From contig CAVPLP010000001.1 in assembly GCA_963706075.1 (NCBI GenBank), positions 912,392 to 976,391 of the forward strand: DNA of 64,000 bases, read 5' to 3'. The notes under the pieces are model-generated. The model was not told the DNA's origin, did no database searches, and was given only the letters and a program-made list of their open reading frames with translations. Below are positions 37,728 through 46,400 of this stretch, one piece after another. How positions within the stretch are numbered: the stretch's first letter is position 1; each line of letters opens with the position of its first letter. Source of the DNA: an uncultured Actinomycetes bacterium (lineage in GTDB: Bacteria; Actinomycetota; Thermoleophilia; Gaiellales; JAICJC01). The translations under genes and the position numbers were made by a program.

Positions 37728-38936
37728 GTGGCGCCCGACGACTTCTTCGACTCCGATTGGGAGGAGACGGGCGGGACGCAGGACACGGCCGTCACCCGCC
37801 CCTCAGGCGGCGGCCAGGACCCCGAGGAGGCGCCGCCTCCGCGCCGGCCTCGCGAGGAGCGCGCACCCCCTCGACAGCGGCCGTCGATCGGCCAGCTCAA
37901 GGGCGGGAACCTTCCGCCTCTCCAGTACCAGCGCCTGGCCGGCCTCGCCATCGGGATCCTGGTGGTCGTCGTCGTGCTCGTGCTGGTCGCGCGCAGCTGC
38001 TCTGGAAGCTCCTCCCAGGGCAAGAACATCGACTACTTCAACGAGGTCAAGGCGAAGGCGCTGACGCCGTCGAGCGTCATCGCGTCGGACTTCCACAAGA
38101 CGCTCAACCTGGCGTCGGGCACCAAGCTCGAGACGGTGAAGGGGCAGTTCGCGTCCCAGGCCGCTGCGATGCGCAAGGCCGCCGACGGCGCCGCATCGGT
38201 CACCCCGACCAAAGAGCTCGAGCCGTTCCAGCCCGCCCTGCTCCAGTCCCTCCAGTACCGCGTCCTGGGGCTCCAGTGCATGTCGGACCACATCGGAGAG
38301 GCCTGGAAGCGGAAACACGCGGCCGGTGTGGGCCGGATCCTGTCGCCGTGCATGCAGCGGCTGCTGGCCTCCGACATCGTCTACTCCGACTCGTTCTCGA
38401 CGCCCGCCTCGAATGCCCTCAAGGGCCTGGGGGTGCAGGTGCCCGCGTCGAGGTTCCTCGACCCCGGGGACATCAACCTCGTGACTCCGGCCGGCATCGG
38501 AGCGGCGATCACCCGGCTCAAGCCCAGCGCCGTCCACGGATTGCACGGCCTCGGGATCGAGTCGACCGTGGCGCTGCCGGCGGGGACGACGCTCCAGACC
38601 GGCTCGTCTCAGGTCAACGAGCTGACCGGCGACGACAAGCTGGTCATCGTCGTCTCGGCCAAGAACTTCGGGAACTTCCGTGAGGTCAGCGTGCCCGTGA
38701 CGCTCACGCTCACGCACGCCGGCTCGCCCAAGATCACGCGATCGGGCACCATCGCCTCGATCGACAAGGGCGCGGTCGAAACCGTGCGGTTCGACGACCT
38801 GTTCAAGAACGCATCGACGCAGCCCGAGTTCACGCAGCGCTACAAGATGACGGTGACCGTCGCCAAGGTCCCCGGCGAGAGCGTTCTCTCGAACAACACG
38901 CGGACGTACCTGGTCCAGTTCCGCCTGCCGTCGTGA
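37728..38936 (+). CDS. Membrane-anchored extracytoplasmic protein with CARDB-like C-terminal domain
   Basis: GTG 37728 (ORF 37611..). Acidic/Pro-rich N-terminus, TM LAIGILVVVVVLVLVA, and a C-terminal VSVPVTLTL…VAKVPGESVLSNN pattern. Confidence 0.6.
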   Translation: MAPDDFFDSDWEETGGTQDTAVTRPSGGGQDPEEAPPPRRPREERAPPRQRPSIGQLKGGNLPPLQYQRLAGLAIGILVVVVVLVLVARSCSGSSSQGKNIDYFNEVKAKALTPSSVIASDFHKTLNLASGTKLETVKGQFASQAAAMRKAADGAASVTPTKELEPFQPALLQSLQYRVLGLQCMSDHIGEAWKRKHAAGVGRILSPCMQRLLASDIVYSDSFSTPASNALKGLGVQVPASRFLDPGDINLVTPAGIGAAITRLKPSAVHGLHGLGIESTVALPAGTTLQTGSSQVNELTGDDKLVIVVSAKNFGNFREVSVPVTLTLTHAGSPKITRSGTIASIDKGAVETVRFDDLFKNASTQPEFTQRYKMTVTVAKVPGESVLSNNTRTYLVQFRLPS

Positions 38937-39409
38937 CGACGGCCGACACCGCCCTCGACGTCGCGGTCGGCGCTGCGGTCGCCGCCGGGGTGCTGCTCCT
39001 GACCACCGGGTACCTGTGGCTCCAGGTGCGCCGCATGCGCCGTGCGCAGAAGGTCGTGATCGGGTCGAAGAGCGCCGACATCGTCGAGTACGCGATGTCG
39101 CTCCTGGCCCGCGTGGAGCAGGCCGAGGGCTCGGCCGCGGCGGCACAATCGGCGGTGCGGTCGCTGACCGAGCGCGTCGACGGCTGCTTCGAGCGGCGGG
39201 CGCTCCTGCGGTACGATGCCCTCGAGGGCGCGGGCGCCAAGCAGTCGGTCACGATCGCGCTTATGGACGCGTCACGGTCGGGCTTCGTGCTCTCGGCGAT
39301 CCAGGGTCGCGACTATGCGCGCATCTACATCAAGGACGTCCGAAACGGGCTCAGCGATGTCGAGCTCTCGCCCGAGGAGAAGAAGGTCCTCGCCGAAGCG
39401 ACAGGCTGA
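38933..39409 (+). CDS. DUF4446-family protein
   Basis: GTGA overlap with the upstream gene. N-terminal TM; LRYDALEGAGAKQSVTIALMD…GRDYARIYIKDV…LSPEE is typical of DUF4446. Confidence 0.7.
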   Translation: MTTADTALDVAVGAAVAAGVLLLTTGYLWLQVRRMRRAQKVVIGSKSADIVEYAMSLLARVEQAEGSAAAAQSAVRSLTERVDGCFERRALLRYDALEGAGAKQSVTIALMDASRSGFVLSAIQGRDYARIYIKDVRNGLSDVELSPEEKKVLAEATG

Positions 39410-39813
39410 TGCCTGAGGTCATCGTGCGGCCGTTTCGGCAGTCCGACTCGCCGGCCCTCCAGCGCCTGGCCGGCGAGGTGTCGACCGAGGACGAGCTCGT
39501 GCCGCCGGCTCCCCGCCGCGACGTGGTCTTCGTCGCCGAGGTCGAGGGCCATCCGGCCGGCTACGTGGCGCTGCGCGAGGATGGCAGCGCGCTCGTGGTC
39601 GACCAGATCGTCGTCGCTCCGGCCGACCAGGGCCGCCACGTCGGAAACCGCCTGCTCGACTGGGCCGAGGGGTACGGCACGAGCCGGGGGAAGGACCGGG
39701 TGTGCATCCCGGCTGCCGGCTCCGACCGGCGGGCGCGCGACTTCTACGCCCGCCGCGGCTATCTCGACGCCGACGGGGCGCTCGTCCGCGAGATTCCGCA
39801 CGTCGACGGCTGA
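39409..39813 (+). CDS. GNAT-family N-acetyltransferase
   Basis: The ATG overlaps the upstream TGA. VDQIVVAPADQGRHVGNRLLDWAE (acetyl-CoA motif A) and ARDFYARRGY. Confidence 0.8.
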   Translation: MPEVIVRPFRQSDSPALQRLAGEVSTEDELVPPAPRRDVVFVAEVEGHPAGYVALREDGSALVVDQIVVAPADQGRHVGNRLLDWAEGYGTSRGKDRVCIPAAGSDRRARDFYARRGYLDADGALVREIPHVDG

Positions 39814-39870
39814 CCGAGGGCGGCTCCGTCCGGACCGGCCCCGATACTTGGCCATCCGCGGCGTCGGTGA

Positions 39871-40062
39871 TCACTGGACCTCGACCCCCGTGTCGGCACC
39901 GTCCGGCAGCGCATCGGCGACGGCCGACGGCCCGCAACGGTGGCACGCGTGGATCCCGCGGACACGCGGCGCCGGAGTCCGGGCCGACGTGACCGCCACG
40001 CGCACGTCGATCCCGACCGCGGTCTCGACGCACACCAGCGGTGGATAAAGCCCACCCGGCAT
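39871..40062 (-). CDS. Candidate small Cys-containing ORF (about 54-63 aa)
   Basis: The distal ~55 codons of ORF 39871..40104 have GC3 near 90% (LVCVETAVGIDVRVAV…HACHRCGPS…). Start is ATG 40062 (GGAG 3 nt upstream) or GTG 40035. No family recognised. Confidence 0.25.
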   Translation of the reverse strand: MPGGLYPPLVCVETAVGIDVRVAVTSARTPAPRVRGIHACHRCGPSAVADALPDGADTGVEVQ

Positions 40063-40096
40063 CTTCTCCACATCTTCACCACCAGGCGGGTACGGT
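40061..40096 (+). promoter_or_regulatory. Two 11-nt direct repeats (atcttctccac / atcttcaccac) plus TACGGT -10-like hexamer 6 nt before the ATG (candidate PHO-box-type activator site, leaderless promoter)
   Basis: The repeats at 40061-40071 and 40072-40082 are 10/11 identical and contain CTTCACC, close to the GTTCACC PhoP core. TACGGT (TAnnnT) is at 40091-40096 and the ATG at 40103. No SD is present. Confidence 0.3.
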
Positions 40097-40102
40097 GGTT
40101 GC

Positions 40103-40723
40103 ATGGCGAAGCTCAGGCTGACTCCGCAGGCGCGCGGGTTCTACCCGCTGTTCGACAGGGCTGCGACGAACCTCGTTTCGACGTCGCAGCTCCTGCTTGA
40201 CCTGCTCGAGCACTACCCCGACCGCCGGGCGCTCGTCGAGGAGATCAAGGATCGTGAGCACGAGGGCGACCGGGTCACCCACGAGATCGTCCAGCTCGTC
40301 AACAAGACGTTCGTGACGCCGATCGACCGCGAGGACATCTACAACCTCGCGACCGTCCTCGACGACATCTGCGACTTCATGGATCAGGTGGCCGACGAGC
40401 TGAACCTCTACGGAGTCGAGGAGGTGCCGCCCGAGGCCATCGAGCAGGCCGGGGTGATCCTCCGTGCGGTGTCCAAGATCGCCGACGCCATCCACGGGCT
40501 CGACGGCCTGAAGGACATCAGCCACCATCTGATCGACGTGCACACGCTGGAGGACGAGGGCGACCGGATCGTGCGCGCGGCGACGGCGCGGCTCTTCCGC
40601 GATGGGCTCGATCCGCTTGTGGTCATCCGGTGGAAGGACATCCACCACGACCTCGAGCAGGCCGTCGACAGCTGCGAGAAGGCAGCCCACGTCCTGGAGA
40701 GCATCTACCTCAAGAACCGATGA
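40103..40723 (+). CDS. DUF47/PhoU-like phosphate-transport regulator (YkaA family)
   Basis: 206 aa. FVTPIDREDI, LEDEGDRI and WKDIHHDLEQAVDSCE are typical of PiT-associated DUF47. Confidence 0.9.
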   Translation: MAKLRLTPQARGFYPLFDRAATNLVSTSQLLLDLLEHYPDRRALVEEIKDREHEGDRVTHEIVQLVNKTFVTPIDREDIYNLATVLDDICDFMDQVADELNLYGVEEVPPEAIEQAGVILRAVSKIADAIHGLDGLKDISHHLIDVHTLEDEGDRIVRAATARLFRDGLDPLVVIRWKDIHHDLEQAVDSCEKAAHVLESIYLKNR

Positions 40724-41721
40724 GCGACGGCCTTCTGGTCGTGATCGTCCTCGTCGCGCTCGGCTTCGACTTCACGAACGGCTTCCACGACACGGCGAAC
40801 GCCGTCGCCACGTCGGTCTCGACGCGCGCCCTGTCGCCCCGGGTCGCCGTGGCGATCGCCGCGATCATGAACTTCGTGGGGGCGTTCACGTCGACCAAGG
40901 TGGCCCAGACCGTGGGCGACGGCCTGATCAACACGGATCCCGGCCGCGTCACCGGGCAACTGATCCTGGCCGCGCTCATCGGTGCGATCGCCTGGAACCT
41001 CTTCACGTGGAGGCTCGGCCTGCCGTCGTCGTCGTCACACGCGCTGGTCGGCGGCCTGGTCGGCGCGGCCCTCGCTGCGGGCGGGCCCGATCCGGTGCAG
41101 TGGGACGGCATCTGGAACAAGGTCGTCTGGCCCGGCCTCGCGAGCCCGTTCATCGGCTTCCTGATCGCCGGGGTGATCATGGTGGGGATCCTCTGGCTCT
41201 TCCGGCGCGTGCGCCCCGCGCCGCTCAACCGCGGCTTCCGGCTGGCGCAGGTCGGTTCGGGCAGCTTCATGGCGTTCGCCCATGGGACGAACGACGCCCA
41301 GAAGACGATGGGCGTGATCGCTCTGGCCCTCTACTCGGCGGGCCACACGAGCTCGCCGGCCGACATCCCCGACTGGGTCATCGCCGTCGCGGCGCTTGCG
41401 ATCGCGCTCGGGACGTACGTCGGCGGCTGGCGGATCATGCGCACGATGGGGACGCGGATCTTCAAGCTCGAGCCCCCGCAGGGCTTCGCCGCCCAGACGA
41501 CCGCGAGCGCGGTCCTCTACACGGTCGCCACCAAGTACGGATTCCCCGTCTCGACGACGCACGTCATCTCGAGCTCGGTGATGGGCGCAGGCGCGACAAC
41601 GCGGGTCTCGGCCGTTCGGTGGGGCGTCGCGGCCGACATCGTCACCGCGTGGCTCCTCACGATTCCGGCTGCGGGTCTCGTCGCGGCGGGGACGTACGAG
41701 CTCCTGAACGCGTTCATGTGA
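40720..41721 (+). CDS. pit: Inorganic phosphate transporter, PiT family
   Basis: ATGA overlap. FDFTNGFHDTANAVATSV and AFAHGTNDAQKTMG signature repeats. Confidence 0.9.
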   Translation: MSDGLLVVIVLVALGFDFTNGFHDTANAVATSVSTRALSPRVAVAIAAIMNFVGAFTSTKVAQTVGDGLINTDPGRVTGQLILAALIGAIAWNLFTWRLGLPSSSSHALVGGLVGAALAAGGPDPVQWDGIWNKVVWPGLASPFIGFLIAGVIMVGILWLFRRVRPAPLNRGFRLAQVGSGSFMAFAHGTNDAQKTMGVIALALYSAGHTSSPADIPDWVIAVAALAIALGTYVGGWRIMRTMGTRIFKLEPPQGFAAQTTASAVLYTVATKYGFPVSTTHVISSSVMGAGATTRVSAVRWGVAADIVTAWLLTIPAAGLVAAGTYELLNAFM

Positions 41722-41788
41722 TTTTCATCGCATTACCGCGTTCGGGGGATGCGAGGAGGCCCGCGGACGACCTAGCCTCCTGGGAGTC

Positions 41789-43801
41789 GTGCACCCATGG
41801 TTGACTGGCGACGACGCGGCGTCCACGCCTGGACGCGCCGCGGAGGCCGAGCCGGCAGCGCCCGCCGGCGGCGGCGTCGTGACGGTGCCCGCGCTTCGTG
41901 ACGACGCGCCGTGCAGGCTCCTCGGCGAGCTCCTCGACCTCGATGCGGCCTGGATCGTCGCTCCCGGGTCGTCCGGCCGTACCGTCACCGCCCGATGGGC
42001 TCGCGAGGGGGCGCCGTCGCACCGCCTCGGCGAGGCCCGGCTGGCCGCGGTCGTCGAGGATGTCGACCGCGAGGCGACCCAGACACGCGATGGGCGGTAT
42101 GCCCTCCTGATCGCACCGCTCCGCTCGGGTGGCCGGGCGATCGCCCATCTGGTGGGGTCGGCACGCTCGCCGCGGGCGTTCCGGCCCGACGAGCTGCGTG
42201 CCGCGGAGCTGGTCGCCGCCGGCGTGGCGGCGAGCGCGGGGACGGCCCAACCGCCTGCGGACGTCGTCTCGACCCGCGCCCGCGACCGGCTGCTGTCCCA
42301 GATGGGCCTCCTGCGATCGCTCACGTCCCGTCTGGCGTACGCCCGCTCGGAGGGCGAGATCGCTCACGCGGTCGTCGCCGAGCTGGTCCGCCAGGACCGG
42401 TTCCACGCCCCGCGCTTCTATCTGCGTGCCGAGGTCGGTGACGAGGTCGCTCTGGCGGCGGTCGAAGGCGGCGAATCGGACGCCGACGAATGGGCCGCGA
42501 TCGCCGACGCCGCGGCCGCCCGCGCCGTGGTGGACGGCAGGACGCGGCTGGTTCCCGGCGAGTCGGTGATGGTGGCCCCGATGCTGGGCGACGAGGACGC
42601 CGTCGGCGCGATCGTCGTCTCGGGGCCGCGAGGCGATGCGTTCGATGCACTCGATCTGGGCGTGCTGGAGGTCGTCGCCGCGCACACTGCGGTTGCGTGC
42701 CGCAACGTGCGCCTCTACGCGTCGATGCGCGAGGCGGCCGAGATCGCCGAGGCGATGCTCGAGCTCGGTGCCGCCCTCGCTGCGCAGGTGAGCGTCGGTG
42801 CCGTGGCGGGGATGCTCGCGCGGGCCGTCGACCGGCTCGTGGAGTGCGCCGGGCTCTCGGTGTGGCTGCGAGCGGACGACCGGATGGAGCTCGCCGCCCA
42901 CGTCGGGTACACGCCCCGCGAGGTGGGGCGTCTCGAGGCCGTGTCGCTCGCCGCCGACGAGGCGCCGTTCACCGGCAACCTCGACGCGCGCCACGTGCTC
43001 GTGCTGGACGCCGACGACTCCGAGGCGCTCTCGGCGAGCGCGGGACTGCCCCGCCACGGCACGTCGTACGCCCTGATTCCGATCGGCGAGCGGGCGGGGA
43101 ACCGCGCGGCGATCGTCGTTCAGCGAGGCCGCCGTCGCGGCCCGCCGAGCTCGCGCGACGAGCGGATGCTGCTCGGGATCGCCGACCAGGCCCTGCTTGC
43201 GCTCGACAACCGCTCGCTCGTCGACGAGCTCGAGGAGTCGTTCCTCGCGACGATGCGGTCGCTCGCAAACGCGCTCGAGACGAAGGACGAGTACACGGGA
43301 GACCACGCGCAGGCGCTCGTCGGGATGGCCGAGGAGGTGGCCCGGCGGCTGGAGCTCGGCGACATCGCGCTGCGCGACGTGGGGGTCGCGGCGGCCCTTC
43401 ACGATGTGGGCAAGATCGGGATCCCGGCGTCGATCCTCGACAAGCCCGGGCCGCTCACCGACGACGAGTGGGAGGTCATGCGCCGCCACCCGGAGCTGGG
43501 CGCGCGGATCATGGAGCCGGTGCCGGCGCTGGCCGGGGCGCGCTCGATCGTCCTCGCCTGCCACGAGCACTGGGACGGCTCGGGATATCCGCGCGGGCTG
43601 GCCGGCGACGACATCCCGCTCGGGGCCCGCATCATCCTCGCCTGCGACGCGTTCCACGCGATGACGTCAGACCGCGTCTACCGGCAGGCGATGCCGGTCG
43701 ATGCCGCGATCACCGAGCTACGCGACTGCGCGGGCCGCCACTTCGAGCCCCGAGTCGTCGACGTGCTGGTCGAGATCGTCGGGAACGGGCATCCGGCGTA
43801 G
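41789..43801 (+). CDS. Multi-GAF (about 3) + HD-GYP domain phosphohydrolase
   Basis: C-terminal HD-GYP domain: TGDHAQALV, LHDVGKIGIP, HHEHWDGSGYPRGL-type (CHEHWDGSGYPRGL). The N-terminal ~450 aa has GAF-like repeats. Start is GTG 41789 or TTG 41801. Confidence 0.85.
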   Translation: MHPWLTGDDAASTPGRAAEAEPAAPAGGGVVTVPALRDDAPCRLLGELLDLDAAWIVAPGSSGRTVTARWAREGAPSHRLGEARLAAVVEDVDREATQTRDGRYALLIAPLRSGGRAIAHLVGSARSPRAFRPDELRAAELVAAGVAASAGTAQPPADVVSTRARDRLLSQMGLLRSLTSRLAYARSEGEIAHAVVAELVRQDRFHAPRFYLRAEVGDEVALAAVEGGESDADEWAAIADAAAARAVVDGRTRLVPGESVMVAPMLGDEDAVGAIVVSGPRGDAFDALDLGVLEVVAAHTAVACRNVRLYASMREAAEIAEAMLELGAALAAQVSVGAVAGMLARAVDRLVECAGLSVWLRADDRMELAAHVGYTPREVGRLEAVSLAADEAPFTGNLDARHVLVLDADDSEALSASAGLPRHGTSYALIPIGERAGNRAAIVVQRGRRRGPPSSRDERMLLGIADQALLALDNRSLVDELEESFLATMRSLANALETKDEYTGDHAQALVGMAEEVARRLELGDIALRDVGVAAALHDVGKIGIPASILDKPGPLTDDEWEVMRRHPELGARIMEPVPALAGARSIVLACHEHWDGSGYPRGLAGDDIPLGARIILACDAFHAMTSDRVYRQAMPVDAAITELRDCAGRHFEPRVVDVLVEIVGNGHPA

Positions 43802-43810
43802 GCCGGGCGC

Positions 43811-45670
43811 TCAGCCCGCTTCGGCGGCGTTTCGCTCCCATTCCCGATAGAGGTACGCCAGCTCCTTCTGGAGCTCCTGATGGCGGGTGCCGTCCTCGGC
43901 GACCGCGGCGTCGTCGCCGTACGCCTCGGGCTGTGAGAGCCGCGTCTCGAGGGCGCCCAGTTCCTCCTCCAGGGTTGCGATGGCCCGCTCCAGCTTCGCC
44001 GTCTGGCGGGCGGCGCGCTGGGACGGGCGCGGCTCCTTGGGCTGCTTCGGCTTGGCCGGCTTCGGCTTCGGCTGCTCCGGGGCCGGCGGGGACGCGTGCG
44101 CCCTGGCGTAGTCGCCGAACCCGCCCTCGCGCCCGTTCAGCCGGCCGCCCTCGATCGCGAGCGTGCGCGTCGCGAGCGCCTCGATCAGCGCCCGGTCGTG
44201 CGAGACGAAGAGCAGCGTCCCCGGGAACCCGAGGAGGGCGTCCTCGAGCGCCTCGCGGCTCTCGATGTCGAGGTGGTTCGTCGGCTCGTCGAGGACGAGG
44301 AAGTTCGCGCCCGAGACGACGGTGCGAAGCAGCGACAGCCGCCGCCGCTCGCCGCCCGAGAGCGCCGAGACCGGCTTCTCGACCTCCTCTCCCGAGAAGA
44401 GGAAGCGCCCGAGCAGCGTCCGCGCCTGCGGCCCGGTCAGCTTCGTCCCGGACACGACCGCATCGATCACGCGCAGGCCCTCCGGCAGCTCGAGCGACTG
44501 CTGCGAGTAGTAGCCCACCGTCACGTTGTGGCCCAGCTTCACCCGTCCCGCCGCGGCCTCGCGCCGCCCGAGCAGCGTCTCGAGCAGCGTGGTCTTGCCG
44601 GCGCCGTTCGGGCCGATCAGCGCCACGCGCTGGCCGCGCTCGACGGCGAACCCTCCGTCGGCGATGAGGGTCCGGCCGGCGACCTCGACGATCAGCTTCT
44701 CGGCCTCGACGACGATCCGCCCGCTGCGCACCGGCGGCGGGAAGTCGAACTTCAGCGAGCGCTGCCCCGTCGGACGTTCGACGCGCTCGATCCGGTCCAT
44801 CGCCTTCAGCTTGCTCTGCGCCTGGCGGGCCTTCGTGCCGTACCGGAACCGGTCGACGAACCGCTGAAGGTGGGCCAGCTCCTCCTGCTGGCGCTCGAAC
44901 GCCCCGGTCTGCGCGGCGATCCGCTCGGCCTTCACCCGGCGCCAGTTGGAGTAGGAGCCCTTCTCGTAGCGGCCGCGCCCGCGGTCGATCTCGAGCACGC
45001 CGGTCGCCACCGATTCGAGGAACCAGCGGTCGTGCGACACGAACACGACCCCGGCGTCCAGCGCAGCCAGATGGGCCTCGAGCCACTCGATCGCGTCGGT
45101 GTCGAGGTGGTTGGTGGGCTCGTCGAGGAGCAGGACGTCGGGCTCCGCCGCCAGCGCCCGGACGAGCGACGCGCGCGTCAGCTCGCCGCCCGAGAACGTG
45201 CGCAGCGGCCGGTCGAGGTCGGCCGGCGAGAACCCCAGGCCGCGCGCCACCGCCTCGAGCCGCGTCCGCCACGCGTAGCCGCCGGCGCGCTCGAACTCAC
45301 GCTGCGCCGTGTCGTAGCGGCGAAGGACGGCGTCGGTGGGATGCTCGGCCATCCGGGCCTCGAGCTCGCGCAGCTCGGCCTCGAGCTGCTCGGCCTTCGC
45401 GGCTCCGGCGCCGACGTACGAGCCCAGCGTCTCGGCCCCGGCGAGCGGCGGACGCTGGTCGTGGAGGGCGACGCGCGTCCCCGGCGGCATCGAGATCTCG
45501 CCCTGGTCCGCGGTGAGCTCACCGGCCAGGATGCGCAGGAGCGTCGTCTTGCCGGCGCCGTTTCGGCCGACGAGCGCGACCCGGTCGCGGGGGCGCAGAA
45601 TGGCCGAGACGTCGGTCAGGACCTCGTCCGCGCCGTACGAGAGAGCCACGGAGGTGACGTGCACGGTCAT
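43811..45670 (-). CDS. ABC-F family ATPase (tandem ABC domains, Lys/Pro-rich linker and coiled-coil tail)
   Basis: ORF 43811..45871 trimmed to ATG 45670. Two Walker A motifs (GRNGAGKTT, GPNGAGKTT) and two LSGGE signatures. No TM domain. Confidence 0.9.
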   Translation of the reverse strand: MTVHVTSVALSYGADEVLTDVSAILRPRDRVALVGRNGAGKTTLLRILAGELTADQGEISMPPGTRVALHDQRPPLAGAETLGSYVGAGAAKAEQLEAELRELEARMAEHPTDAVLRRYDTAQREFERAGGYAWRTRLEAVARGLGFSPADLDRPLRTFSGGELTRASLVRALAAEPDVLLLDEPTNHLDTDAIEWLEAHLAALDAGVVFVSHDRWFLESVATGVLEIDRGRGRYEKGSYSNWRRVKAERIAAQTGAFERQQEELAHLQRFVDRFRYGTKARQAQSKLKAMDRIERVERPTGQRSLKFDFPPPVRSGRIVVEAEKLIVEVAGRTLIADGGFAVERGQRVALIGPNGAGKTTLLETLLGRREAAAGRVKLGHNVTVGYYSQQSLELPEGLRVIDAVVSGTKLTGPQARTLLGRFLFSGEEVEKPVSALSGGERRRLSLLRTVVSGANFLVLDEPTNHLDIESREALEDALLGFPGTLLFVSHDRALIEALATRTLAIEGGRLNGREGGFGDYARAHASPPAPEQPKPKPAKPKQPKEPRPSQRAARQTAKLERAIATLEEELGALETRLSQPEAYGDDAAVAEDGTRHQELQKELAYLYREWERNAAEAG

Positions 45671-45689
45671 GGCCGTATGATGGCGGGCC

Positions 45690-46400
45690 GTGGTGGCCCT
45701 CTTCCCCACCTGCCTCGGCGAGGCGCTGAATCCGGCTGCCGTCCGCGACTCGGAGCGGCTCCTGGCCGCGGCCGGCGTCGCCTCCGGACGGCCCTCCGGA
45801 GCCACCTGCTGCGGGCAGCCGGCGTGGAACAGCGGGTTCGTCTCCGACGCACGCAGGGTCGCACGCCGCACGCTCCGCGCCCTCTCCGACGCCGACGTCG
45901 TCGTCGTCCCCGCCGGGTCGTGCGCCGCGATGATCCGCGTCCATTGGCGCCACCTCTTCCACGGCGAGCGCGACCAGGAGGCGGCCGAGCGGGTCGCCGC
46001 GCGGACGTTCGAGCTCTCGCAGTACCTGGTCGACGAGCTGGGCTGGCGGCCGCCCGCACCGGCCGTGCGGGCCGAGGTCGCCTACCACGACTCGTGCCAC
46101 ATGCTGCGCGAGCTCCGGCTCCGCGACCAGCCGAGGACGCTGCTCGCGGCGGTCGCGACCCTGCAGGAGCTGCCGCGCGCCGACCGCTGCTGCGGCTTCG
46201 GCGGCACGTTCTCGGTGCGCTACCCCGACGTGTCGACCGCGATGGCCGACGACAAGCTGGCCTCGGCCGCCGCCGTCTCGGCGGGCGTTGTGGCGAGCGC
46301 CGACCCGGGGTGCGTGATGCAGATCGAGGGCCGTGCCTCGCGGGTCCGAGCAGGCGTCAGGGTCGTCCACCTCGCGACCGTCGTCGCCGAGGCGCTGTGA
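45690..46400 (+). CDS. lutA: LutA-like (Fe-S) oxidoreductase, CCG-domain protein
   Basis: VALFPTCL, ATCCGQP, YHDSCH, RCCGFGGTF (two CCG motifs). Confidence 0.85.
   Translation: MVALFPTCLGEALNPAAVRDSERLLAAAGVASGRPSGATCCGQPAWNSGFVSDARRVARRTLRALSDADVVVVPAGSCAAMIRVHWRHLFHGERDQEAAERVAARTFELSQYLVDELGWRPPAPAVRAEVAYHDSCHMLRELRLRDQPRTLLAAVATLQELPRADRCCGFGGTFSVRYPDVSTAMADDKLASAAAVSAGVVASADPGCVMQIEGRASRVRAGVRVVHLATVVAEAL

Noticed and set aside
41753-41782. AGGAGGC…GCCUCCU hairpin between pit and the HD-GYP gene.
   Set aside because: It has a 7-bp stem with a 14-nt loop and no U-tract, and it overlaps the likely SD region of the next gene. This is insufficient to call a terminator or regulatory element.
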